42,002 nt of DNA, taken from positions 11,565,797 to 11,607,798 of the forward strand of contig NC_069005.1 in the NCBI RefSeq assembly GCF_001194135.2, written 5' to 3'. Within the stretch, counting starts at the first letter, position 1. The number at the start of each line of letters is the position of its first letter. Both the position numbers and the translations under genes were made by a program. This document shows positions 11,726 to 22,838 of this stretch, one piece after another. The DNA is from Octopus bimaculoides. Lineage: Eukaryota. The notes beneath the pieces are model-generated. The model had not been told where the DNA came from and searched no databases. It was given only the letters and a program-made list of their open reading frames with translations.

Positions 11726-13752
11726 AAGGTATGATTCCAGCCATGACCATCCCATCTTTCTATCTCTCAGACATTCTATTTGCTTGTTGCTGTTTAGCCC
11801 TGGGAGTAGACAACAACATTAACCCAATATTGGCATCAAAAAGCAAAGAAGTCTCTACATGGTCATTCGACTAGCTAGAAATAGCAACCAAATCTCCTTC
11901 AGACCACACCCCTTGTTACTATTTGCTTCATGCTCTTGCTTGATGAGGCTGGGGTCATTCCAGATTAGTGGACCCAGAGACATCATCATACATAGAGCAG
12001 ACAAGGTCTATGCATGATCAAACTTCTCTGTGCTAGAAAAGAACACAGTAAACATGTGGTTCAAGAAGGATTTAGCTGCTATTTTTAGCAGGTCTTGTGA
12101 TCATGTAGAAGCTATCCATTTGGTAGTGGTGGTCGTTGTCTTTGTTGCATTGCTTGTACTGTTGGTGGCAGGATTTGGTGAGATGGTGACAGTTGTTGTT
12201 GGTAGTGGTGGCAATGGAAGTGTTGATAATGGTGGTGGTGGTCATGGTAATGTTGGCAATAGTGGTGTCAAAGTTTCAGTCATAATTCTTCGCCATTGTC
12301 AGTTAAGCTCACGTAACAATGATGATCCACAGAGTCATCAGTTGCAGTGATGTTGGTGGCTGTTGTGGTGGTAATAGCAGTGGTGGTGGTGGTGGNNNNN
12401 NNNNNNNNNNNNNNNNNNNNNNNNNNNNNNNNNNNNNNNNNNNNNNNNNNNNNNNNNNNNNNNNNNNNNNNNNNNNNNNNNNNNNNNNNNNNNNNNNNNN
12501 NNNNNNNNNNNNNNNNNNNNNNNNNNNNNNNNNNNNNNNNNNNNNNNNNNNNNNNNNNNNNNNNNNNNNNNNNNNNNNNNNNNNNNNNNNNNNNNNNNNN
12601 NNNNNNNNNNNNNNNNNNNNNNNNNNNNNNNNNNNNNNNNNNNNNNNNNNNNNNNNNNNNNNNNNNNNNNNNNNNNNNNNNNNNNNNNNNNNNNNNNNNN
12701 NNNNNNNNNNNNNNNNNNNNNNNNNNNNNNNNNNNNNNNNNNNNNNNNNNNNNNNNNNNNNNNNNNNNNNNNNNNNNNNNNNNNNNNNNNNNNNNNNNNN
12801 NNNNNNNNNNNNNNNNNNNNNNNNNNNNNNNNNNNNNNNNNNNNNNNNNNNNNNNNNNNNNNNNNNNNNNNNNNNNNNNNNNNNNNNNNNNNNNNNNNNN
12901 NNNNNNNNNNNNNNNNNNNNNNNNNNNNNNNNNNNNNNNNNNNNNNNNNNNNNNNNNNNNNNNNNNNNNNNNNNNNNNNNNNNNNNNNNNNNNNNNNNNN
13001 NNNNNNNNNNNNNNNNNNNNNNNNNNNNNNNNNNNNNNNNNNNNNNNNNNNNNNNNNNNNNNNNNNNNNNNNNNNNNNNNNNNNNNNNNNNNNNNNNNNN
13101 NNNNNNNNNNNNNNNNNNNNNNNNNNNNNNNNNNNNNNNNNNNNNNNNTAGCGACAGTGCCGATGGTAGTGGTGGTGGTGATAGTGGTGGTGGTGGTGGT
13201 GGTGGTGGCGTCAGTTTCAGCCATGCCTCCTTTCCTTTTGTCAATTAACTTAACAATGATGATCTTAGAAAAGGAATAGGAAGAAACCTTTGCTTTGTGC
13301 ACAGTCCCGAACCAACCCCTGATCCCTTTTTAGCAAAGGCAGCAGTTAAAACATTTCCTTTTATCAAGACCTTAAAAGGTTCCATGCAAAAGAACGCAAC
13401 CCGTATTAAAACATTGTGTCATTACTTCCCTTTTTAAGTCCCCACATTCATTTACCACAACTACTACCACCACTGGCACAAACGCCACCACTGCTGCTGT
13501 CGCCATCACCACCACTACTGTTACTGCTGCCACTGCCACCACTGCTGTCAGTACCACTACCAATACCATCACCACCATCCTATCACTGCCACCACTACCA
13601 TCACCTCCATCAGCACTGCCAACTGCCACCATCCCCGTGTCCACTGTAGCTGCCACCACCACCATCACACCACCATGAGTGACACCACCAACACCACACT
13701 ACAATGAGTTACATCACTACCACCACCACCACACCACAATGACTGATTATTA

Positions 13753-13802
<50 letters not shown>

Positions 13803-13812
13803 GTTATTATTA

Positions 13813-14271
13813 GGTGTAGGAGTGGCTGTGAGGTAAGTAGCTTGCTTACCAACCACATGGTTCTGGATTNNNNNNNNNNNNNNNNNNNNNNNNNNNNNNN
13901 NNNNNNNCTGGATTCATTCCCACTGCGTGGCACCTTGGGCAAGTGTCTTCTACTATAGCCTCGGGCCAACCAAAGCCTTGTGAGTGGATTTGGTAGACGG
14001 AAACTGAAAGAAGCTCGTCATATATATGTATATATATATATGTATGTGCGTCTATATGTTTGTGTGTCTGTGTCTGTCCCCCTAACATCACTTGACAACC
14101 GATGCTGGTGTGTTTACGTCCCCGTAACATAGCGGTTCGGCAAAAAAAGACCGATAGAATAAGTACTAGGCTTACAAAGAATAAGTCCTGGGGTCGATTA
14201 ACTCAACTAAAAAGGCAGTGCTCCAGCATGGCCACAGTCAAATGACTGAAACAAGTAAAAGAGTAAAAGAG
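13813..14271 (+). mobile_element. SINE family A, young, split by a 38-nt gap
   Basis: High similarity to 36895-37302, with tail gtaaaagagtaaaagag. Confidence 0.9.
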
Positions 14272-14289
14272 AATATTATTATTATTATT

Positions 14290-14712
14290 AAGTTGGTGAA
14301 CTAGCAGAAATGTTAGCATGCCGGGCAAAATGCTTAGCCGTATTTTGTCTGCCTTTATGTTCTGAGTTCAAATTCTGCCATGGTTGACTTTGCCTTTCAT
14401 TCTTTCGGGGACGATAAAATAAGTACCAGTTGAGCACTGGAGTTTAATGTAATTGACATATCTCCTCCCCTGAAATTGCTGGCCTTGTGCCAAAATTTTA
14501 AATCCTTATTATTATCAAGGCAGTGAGGTGGCAGAATGATTAGCATGCTGGGAAAAATGTTTATTGGCATTTTGTCCATCCTTATGTAACAAAGGTGATC
14601 CATGTCTTTTTGGGGGTTGATCAAATGAGTACCAGTTGTGCACTGGTGTCAGTGTAATCAATCAACTTACCTCCTCCCCTCCAAACTACTTGTCTTGTGC
14701 CAAAATTTGAAA
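14290..14712 (+). mobile_element. Two head-to-tail SINE B copies
   Basis: Units at about 14290-14510 and 14516-14712, separated by ttattattatc. Confidence 0.8.
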
Positions 14713-14730
14713 GCATTTTTATGCAAAGGA

Positions 14731-14755
14731 AGATGGAAAGAAAAGAAAGAAAGGC

Positions 14756-14797
<42 letters not shown>

Positions 14798-15200
14798 GAA
14801 GGAAGGAAGAAAGAATGAAAGAAAGATGAAAGGAAAGAAAGAAAGATGAAAGGAAAGAAAGAAAGATGAAAGGAAAGGAAGAATGAAAGAAGGAAAGAAA
14901 GAAAGATGGAAGGAAGAAAAGAAAGACAGAAAGAAAGAAAGTAAAGAAAGAAAGAAAGAAAGAAAGTAAATAAAAGAAAGAAAGAAAGAAAGAAGGGAAG
15001 AAAGAAGGAAAGAAAGAATGAAAGGAAGGAAAGAAAGGAAGAAAGAAAGTAGGAAGGAAGGAAAGAAAGGAAGAAAGGAATGAATGAAAGAAAGAAAGAA
15101 GGAAGGAAAAAAAGAAAGAAACAAAAGGGAGAGAAGAAATAAAAACAAAAAGAGTAAGAAAGAAATGAGTCAAGAGATGAAAAGGAGAAAAAAAAGGGAA
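14731..15200 (+). repeat. (GAAA/GGAA)n polypurine tract
   Basis: About 450 bp almost entirely A/G on the plus strand. Confidence 0.95.
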
Positions 15201-15274
15201 CTTTCCAAAGAATAAAAATTTAAAGTGGAAAATAAATTTGGCTCCTTGATTTCCATTTCTGAATTCTGGAGGCT

Positions 15275-15502
15275 GTGATGATAGTGGTGGTGGTGGCGGT
15301 GGTAGTGGTGGTGGTGATGATGATGATGAGGATGATAATGATGATGATGACGACAACGATGATATTAATGATGCTGCTGATGCTATTGTCACTGCTGCTG
15401 CTGCTGATGATGATGATGATGACGATGATATTAATGGTACTGATGATGATGGTGATGATGATGATGATGATGATGAAGACAATGATGATGATGATGATGA
15501 CA

Positions 15503-15538
<36 letters not shown>

Positions 15539-15780
15539 GCAGTGGTGCTGCTTCTGTTGCTGTTGGTGTTCTTGTTGTTGTTGTTGGTGGTGGTGGCGAT
15601 GACAGTGTTGGTAGTGGTGGTGGTGGTAGAGCTTTCTGTTGTTGTTGTAGGTTGATGATGGTGTTTCTGGTGACTGTATTTTTGCTGTTGGTGTTGGTGG
15701 CAGTGGTGGTATCGGTAGGTGGTATTGGTGGTGGTGGTAGTGGTGGAGTGAGTGAGTGATGTGATGATGCACCAGAGAGA
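15275..15780 (+). repeat. Compound (GGT/GAT/GCT/GTT)n trinucleotide repeat
   Basis: Seen directly; it explains the 388-aa low-complexity ORF. Confidence 0.95.
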
Positions 15781-17059
15781 GAGAGAGAGTGAAAAGCAAA
15801 GAAAGAAGGGTAAAGAAAAAAACAAACAAACAATAAAAAGGTGCAAATGAGGTCAGCAGGCCACGATTTATGTCAGATAAGCAGTGGAGCTAATGAAACT
15901 ATATCACCCACCCCCAACAACTCAGACCCCCACCGGTCCCCTCACTTAACACACACACACACACACACACACACTATCTTCAAATTTTGGTTGTTTCTTT
16001 TTCACTTATTAATAAAAGTTCTTATTTTATTTTTACTTTATTTTTGTTTTAGATTATTTATTTATTTATTTATTTTTTTTTTGGCCATTGCAAATAAAAA
16101 GAGCCAATTCCAACNNNNNNNNNNNNNNNNNNNNNNNNNNNNNNNNNNNNNNNNNNNNNNNNNNNNNNNNNNNNNNNNNNNNNNNNNNNNNNNNNNNNNN
16201 NNNNNNNNNNNNNNNNNNNNNNNNNNNNNNNNNNNNNNNNNNNNNNNNNNNNNNNNNNNNNNNNNNNNNNNNNNNNNNNNNNNNNNNNNNNNNNNNNNNN
16301 NNNNNNNNNNNNNNNNNNNNNNNNNNNNNNNNNNNNNNNNNNNNNNNNNNNNNNNNNNNNNNNNNNNNNNNNNNNNNNNNNNNNNNNNNNNNNNNNNNNN
16401 NNNNNNNNNNNNNNNNNNNNNNNNNNNNNNNNNNNNNNNNNNNNNNNNNNNNNNNNNNNNNNNNNNNNNNNNNNNNNNNNNNNNNNNNNNNNNNNNNNNN
16501 NNNNNNNNNNNNNNNNNNNNNNNNNNNNNNNNNNNNNNNNNNNNNNNNNNNNNNNNNNNNNNNNNNNNNNNNNNNNNNNNNNNNNNNNNNNNNNNNNNNN
16601 NNNNNNNNNNNNNNNNNNNNNNNNNNNNNNNNNNNNNNNNNNNNNNNNNNNNNNNNNNNNNNNNNNNNNNNNNNNNNNNNNNNNNNNNNNNNNNNNNNNN
16701 NNNNNNNNNNNNNNNNNNNNNNNNNNNNNNNNNNNNNNNNNNNNNNNNNNNNNNNNNNNNNNNNNNNNNNNNNNNNNNNNNNNNNNNNNNNNNNNNNNNN
16801 NNNNNNNNNNNNNNNNNNNNNNNNNNNNNNNNNNNNNNNNNNNNNNNNNNNNNNNNNNNNNNNNNNNNNNNNNNNNNNNNNNNNNNNNNNNNNNNNNNNN
16901 NNNNNNNNNNNNNNNNNNNNNNNNNNNNNNGGAAAGAAAAAAAAATGTTTTCCAGGATTAGACACAGGGTATTATCTGTGTATTATCAGTGATAACCTAA
17001 ATATCCCCTACCCTGTTTTTGGAAGGAAATGATGTTGCTGTTGTGGTTATTGTTCATAT

Positions 17060-17455
17060 AAGGTGACGAGTTGGCAGAATTGTTGGTACATTTGGCAAAA
17101 TGTTTAGCGGTATTTTGTTTGTCTTTACATTCTGAGTTCAAATTCCACCAGGGTTGATGTTGCCTTTCATCCTTACTGGGGATCGATATAATCAACTTAC
17201 CCCCTTCCCTGAAATCGTTATTATCATTCTTCATACAAAGGTGGTGAGCTGGCAGAATCATTAACCCGTTGGGCAAAATGCTTAGCAGCATTTCACCTGT
17301 CTTCGTGTTCTGAGTTCAAATTCTGCTGAGGTCAACTTTACCTCTCAAACTTTTGGAGTCAATAAAATAAGAACCACTTGAACACTGGGGTCGATGTAAA
17401 TGATTTACCCACTCCTTTGAAATTGCTGGCCTTGTGCCTAAATTTGAAATCCTTA
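17060..17455 (+). mobile_element. Two head-to-tail SINE B copies
   Basis: Units at about 17060-17215 and 17237-17455. Confidence 0.8.
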
Positions 17456-17526
17456 TTATTCTTCATACCTGGTTGAGAAAGGGGTCAGCATAACAGTACA
17501 AGTGTTCTCTAAATACTGAAGTACAT

Positions 17527-17845
17527 TACTTACTTAAAGCTCTTCACCCCCTATGAAGAGCATCAATGACATTTCTCCAGGGTTCTTGACTCCAGACCAT
17601 CTTTTCTTCTCTCAAGTCTTGTTGGTTTTGAATTATCATTCATGCTTCTGTAACTGTATTTTTCTAAGTATGGGTGAAGGCCCTACACAAACCCATTTTA
17701 CTTCTGGGAAATAGTGATTCATATTAATCCGGCTTCTATCCTTTGACCTGTCCAGCATAGAAAGGCCCTCCCAGGAGCTTCTACTCTGCTGGCACAGCTC
17801 TCAGTGTCATTGAAGCTTATAAGCCACCACACCACAAGGACTGAA
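17527..17845 (-). mobile_element. Bipartite internally deleted RTE element (5' UTR fused to 3' end)
   Basis: Minus strand: ccttgtggtg...caatgacactgagagctgtgcc...gctcctgg...ggacaggtcaaaggatagaagcc resembles an RTE 5' UTR, joined to ...PWRNVIDALHRG* and a taagtaagtaa tail. Confidence 0.6.
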
Positions 17846-19174
17846 GTACAATGTAAATATCTAAAAAGGGAGATTTAGGGCTCTATTTGTCAAATATCAA
17901 ACCTGGTATTTTTAAACATGAGAAACCTCTTCTTGCTAGAAATAGCAACCAGATCTCACTACTACCATTTTAAAACAAAGGGGAAAACATACATTGAATA
18001 ATATAACCCTAGGTAACCCCTTAAATGACAGAGTGATGAAGGTTGCAATGCTGTTTGATCATAGATCTGCTTTGTGTCATTAGAACTGGCCTGGGCACCA
18101 CCACCACCACCACCACCACCACAGCAACAACACATACATTACATAACATACATACATACATACAAACATACATACATACAGTACGACAATGTACATGTAT
18201 CACATATATAAATGCACTTTTCAATTGCTGTGTTGTTTGAGTGTATGTGTATGTGTGTGCATGTGAGTGTTTATGTGTATGAGTTGTGTGTGTGTGTGTG
18301 TGTGTGGCAATCTCTATCACATTAACGACATTAGCTGCTGGGCCCATTATAATGGAATTTTCTGGAACAACGACATTGACGTCTCATATGGAATTGACAT
18401 TTTATCGTTTGTAATACGATGACAATGACAACGACCNNNNNNNNNNNNNNNNNNNNNNNNNNNNNNNNNNNNNNNNNNNNNNNNNNNNNNNNNNNNNNNN
18501 NNNNNNNNNNNNNNNNNNNNNNNNNNNNNNNNNNNNNNNNNNNNNNNNNNNNNNNNNNNNNNNNNNNNNNNNNNNNNNNNNNNNNNNNNNNNNNNNNNNN
18601 NNNNNNNNNNNNNNNNNNNNNNNNNNNNNNNNNNNNNNNNNNNNNNNNNNNNNNNNNNNNNNNNNNNNNNNNNNNNNNNNNNNNNNNNNNNNNNNNNNNN
18701 NNNNNNNNNNNNNNNNNNNNNNNNNNNNNNNNNNNNNNNNNNNNNNNNNNNNNNNNNNNNNNNNNNNNNNNNNNNNNNNNNNNNNNNNNNNNNNNNNNNN
18801 NNNNNNNNNNNNNNNNNNNNNNNNNNNNNNNNNNNNNNNNNNNNNNNNNNNNCACCACCATCACTGCCACTGCTGCTAACACTACAACCACCACCTCTGC
18901 AAACACCACCTAAGCTATAGCCACAATTACTATCATCATCATTGATTTGACACCAATTTCTTATTGCTGATATGGCTTAGATAAGTGTGTCATACAAAAA
19001 AAAAAAAAAACATTTCTATTTGTCTTACTTTTTAGATTACATCAATAGCATCTGTCATTGCTTAACACCAGGTCAGCCCTGATCCAGCAGAACTAAGATC
19101 TAAGGCTATTCCAGCTGTAGCCATCCCATTCATTTGTCTATCGAAGATTACACTGGCCAATGTATCTTCTATAT

Positions 19175-19566
19175 TTAATCCATTTTGATACCAACCTGTC
19201 AAAGAATGCCCTTGGTTTTATGCTAAAAAGCTTCAGGGTTTAAAGTGATCTAAATTAAAACCTTCCCTTCAAAATTTCATCTTTTATCGTTTACTTGTTT
19301 CACTCATTGGACTGCAGCCATGTTGGGACATTGTCTTGAAGCTTTGGTCAAACAGATTGACCCTAGTGCTCTATGCTTTCTGAGGTCTGGTGCTTATTCT
19401 GTTTCTTTTGCTGAACCACACAGTTATAAAGATGTAAACAAACCAATATTGATTGCCAAGAACTGTTGGGGGACAAACATAAAGACACATAAACACACTC
19501 ACATATCCATTTGTCTGTCTGTCTGTCTGTCCGTCCATCCGTCCGTCCGTCCATCCATCCATCCAT

Positions 19567-19613
<47 letters not shown>

Positions 19614-20044
19614 GCTAGCTAGCTTGATAGTTAGCTAGCTAGCTAGATAGATTGATAGGTAAGTATAGACACACACAAAAAACACACGCACACACACTCT
19701 CACACACACACACAGACACACGTGCACGCACACACAGACACACAGACACACACAGTGGTCTTCCACACAGTTTCTGTCTATCAAATTCACTCACAAGGCA
19801 TTGGTTGGCTCACTGAGGCTATAGCAGTAGACATTTGCCCAAGGTGCCATGCACAGGAACTGAACCCAAGCCCATGTGGTTGCAAAGCAAACTTTTTTAA
19901 CCACACAGCCATTACATATCTTCATAAAAGACCAGATGCATAATAAAAAAAACAAACATTATTTTACAAAATTCTTAATTATTTTCAAAATTAATAGAAA
20001 CAAGGCAGTGTATTTCAACAGAAATATGACAACAAATGAGTTAA
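19175..20044. mobile_element. piggyBac-type MITE (TTAA ends) with a nested SINE A
   Basis: TTAA at 19175-19178 and 20041-20044; the two halves resemble the uninterrupted copy near 31275-31490. Confidence 0.6.
19290..19915 (-). mobile_element. SINE family A with greatly expanded internal microsatellite
   Basis: 3' half at 19290-19500, 5' half at 19750-19915, tetranucleotide and CA arrays between. Confidence 0.8.
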
Positions 20045-20309
20045 AATGGTCCAGGTGTAACTGCTTTTTGGGGGAAGGGAGAGATTTGGCTGCTATGTCT
20101 AGCAGGTGAAGGGACCACCTGATAACTTTCTCATTGCCTACTTTTACTTGTCTTGGTTATTGGACTGTAGCTACTGAGATACCCCACTTGGAAGGTCTTA
20201 CTCAGTCCGATAGACAACAGTTCATCAACGTCATTATTTAATATCCACTTTTCCAGGCTTGCATGAGTTGGACGAAATTTGTTGAGACAGATTTTCTACA
20301 GTTAGTTAC

Positions 20310-21020
20310 AAGCCTCCTCTGTATGTTGCTTCTACTGATTATGAAAAGGCCTTTGATAATGTCAAGATGAATGCAATATTGAAATCTCTAGAAATGCAAG
20401 GTCCCAAGGTGCAATACATCAAAGTGTTCAGAGATGCAAACTCTGTATGTATAACAGATATAACTCTGCTATCACCATCAGTTAAGGTCCCAACTGAAAA
20501 GGGTGTTAAGTAACAAGATACCATCTCTCCAAATCTCATTACTGCATGTCTAGAATTGGTCATCAAGGTCATTACCTGGACAGGTGGTATGAACATCAAT
20601 GGTGAGCAACTGAAACACCACCAGCTCACAGATGACCTTGTATTCATTGCTGAAACCACAGACCAGCTGCAGACCATTCTGAGACAGTTGAACACTCGGA
20701 GCTTTGCAGTAAGTCTTAGAACGAACTGCATCAAATCGATATATATGCGGTCAGAAGATGTAGTAAAAGACCACATAGAGGCAGGGAGGGATGAAATTGA
20801 TGAGGTAAAAGAAGTATGCAATTGCCAAGTGGTAGCTAAGAGTTTGGAAAAGGCCATTTGGAAGGCCATTTGGAAGGCCTCCAAAATGATAGAAAAAAGA
20901 TTTGATTGAGCAATTTGTGTCAAGATGAAAAAGAATGGCCTAATCAAGAAAAATTGGAAGTGTATTGTGATCAGTGGTATGTAACATATAACAGCATCTG
21001 ATAGTCTAGTCAATACTGTA
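20310..21020 (+). mobile_element. RTE-clade LINE reverse transcriptase pseudogene fragment
   Basis: TDYEKAFDNV...KGVK*QDTISPNLITACLE...GMNINGEQLKHHQLTDDLVFIAE, a degenerate version of FIDYEKAFDS / GVRQGDTISP / HLRFADD, with a premature stop and deletion. Confidence 0.9.
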
Positions 21021-21044
21021 AAGGGCATTTTTCAGTTGCAATCT

Positions 21045-21180
21045 TTCAAATGCACTCACAAGGCTTTGGTTGATGCAGAACTATAGTAGAAGACACTTGC
21101 CTAAAGTGTTGCACAGCAGGACTGAACTCAGTACCATGTGGTTAGAAAGCAAGCTTCTAAACTACACAGCCATCCTTACA
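21045..21180 (-). mobile_element. SINE family A 5' half
   Basis: cactcacaaggctttgg...gaagacacttgcc...ggactgaac. Confidence 0.75.
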
Positions 21181-21229
21181 TCTATAAAGTAGTGATGGGT
21201 TCAACCAGGAGCTTATTATTTGTTTATAT

Positions 21230-21997
21230 CAGTGGTTTACAACCGAGGCCTGTATGATTCTTGGGGGTTCACGTAAGATTTTCGGGGTCCAAACAAGCAA
21301 ACTAACAAATTGGGGATCCAAGGTTGTATTTTAAGGGTCCATGACAAGATTCTGTATCTGATGTATTTAGGTATTGCAAGAAACAGCTAGGTTTCTTTCT
21401 CTAAAGTTTTACATAATTCAATGTTTCTGGTCACTGAAACATGTTTTCCCACATGCTGGCTTTACAAACCTATAGATCGTCATTGTTGTCGTCATCGTTA
21501 TCATCATCATCATTGTTTAATGTCTGCTTTCCATGCTGGTGTGAGCTGGATGGTTTGACAGGAGTTGGCCAACCAGAGAGCTGGTCAGACTTCAATTGTC
21601 TGTTGCCGCATGGTTTCTATGGCTGGATGCCCTTCCTGATGCCAACCACTTGACAGAGTCTGTTGAGTGCTTTTTACATGCCACTGGCACATGTACATTT
21701 ATGCAGCACTGGCACGAGTGCCTTTTATGTGGCACAGGCACCTGTAAAGGACAAGCCTGTATGTATGGACAACAACAATTTTACTTAGCTTGACACATCT
21801 CAAGTACAGCAAATCACAACTCCTGGTCCCTTGTCCTTTCCTCAGTGAAACCCAGCGTCTGAATATCCTTTCTCAACAGGAATTCTGAAAGAAGCATCTA
21901 TAAAACTACTTTTTAAACATTGAATGGCTATGGGGGTCCACCAGAATAAAATAGCAATCAAAGGGGTCCATAGATAAAAAATGGTTGAGAAGAATTG
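21230..21997. mobile_element. hAT MITE with nested SINE C-like insertion
   Basis: TIRs CAGTGGTTTACAACC and GGTTGAGAAGAATTG; 8-bp TSD GTTTATAT / ATTTATAT. Confidence 0.7.
21495..21845 (-). mobile_element. Old SINE family C-like copy
   Basis: (CAT)n tail, gctttccatgctgg and gctggatgcccttcctgatgccaaccac. Confidence 0.7.
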
Positions 21998-22091
21998 ATT
22001 TATATCATTCTTGTTACGTTTGCTACTAATCTTATTGCTTTCTTTGCTGTACAATAGGCAAAACATTATGACGACAATATCCAAGAGAACG

Positions 22092-22530
22092 AAGGCAGCA
22101 GGCTGGCAGAAACGTTAGCATGCTGGGTGGAATGCTTATTGGTATTTCGTCTACCATTACGTTCTGAGTTCAAATTCCACCGAAGTCGATTTTGCCTTTC
22201 ATCCTTTCGGGGTATATAAATTAAGTACCAGTTATGCACTGGGCACTGGAGTTGATGTAATTGACTTAATCCCTTTGTCTGTCCTTGTTTGTCCCCTCTA
22301 TGTTTAGCCCCTTGTGGGAAATAAAGAAATAAGAAATGTTAGCAAGCTGGGCAGAATGCTTGGTGGTTTTTCATGTCTTTACGTTCTAAGTACAAATTCC
22401 GCTGAGGTCGACTTTGCCTTTCATCCTTTTGGGGTCGATAAATTAAGTACCAGTTATGTACTGAGGGTCAATCTAATCGACTGGCCCCGCCTCCCACAAA
22501 ACTTCGGGCCTTGTGCCTAGAGTAGAAAGG
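22092..22530 (+). mobile_element. Dimeric SINE B
   Basis: Full unit, linker gccccttgtgggaaataaagaaata, then a second unit starting at agaaatgttagc. Confidence 0.85.
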
Positions 22531-22589
22531 AAAATAAAATCCAAGAGAATGACACCAGTCTGTATATATCAGTTTAGTAAAAACAAATG

Positions 22590-22735
22590 CTGGAAGGCAT
22601 TCATTCAGACCCCAAAAGGATGAAAGCTAAATGTGATCCAGGCAGGAGTTGAACACAGAATGTAAAAAAGGCCAGAATAAATACCACAAGGCATTTTCCC
22701 CAACACTATAATGATTCATTCAACTTACCACCTTT
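22590..22735 (-). mobile_element. SINE B fragment
   Basis: gaccccaaaaggatgaaagc...ggcattttcccc. Confidence 0.65.
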
Positions 22736-22798
22736 AAAAACAAAAGACAAAGTAACATAACCTACATATCTTTCACTAAACACGTATACAAATTCCCC

Positions 22799-22838
<40 letters not shown>

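Noticed and set aside
14667-15833. 388-aa minus ORF and overlapping His/Ile/Met-rich ORFs
   Set aside because: Translations of GAAA and trinucleotide microsatellites; no complex domain.
20339-21028. 229-aa minus ORF
   Set aside because: Antisense shadow of the plus-strand RTE RT fragment.
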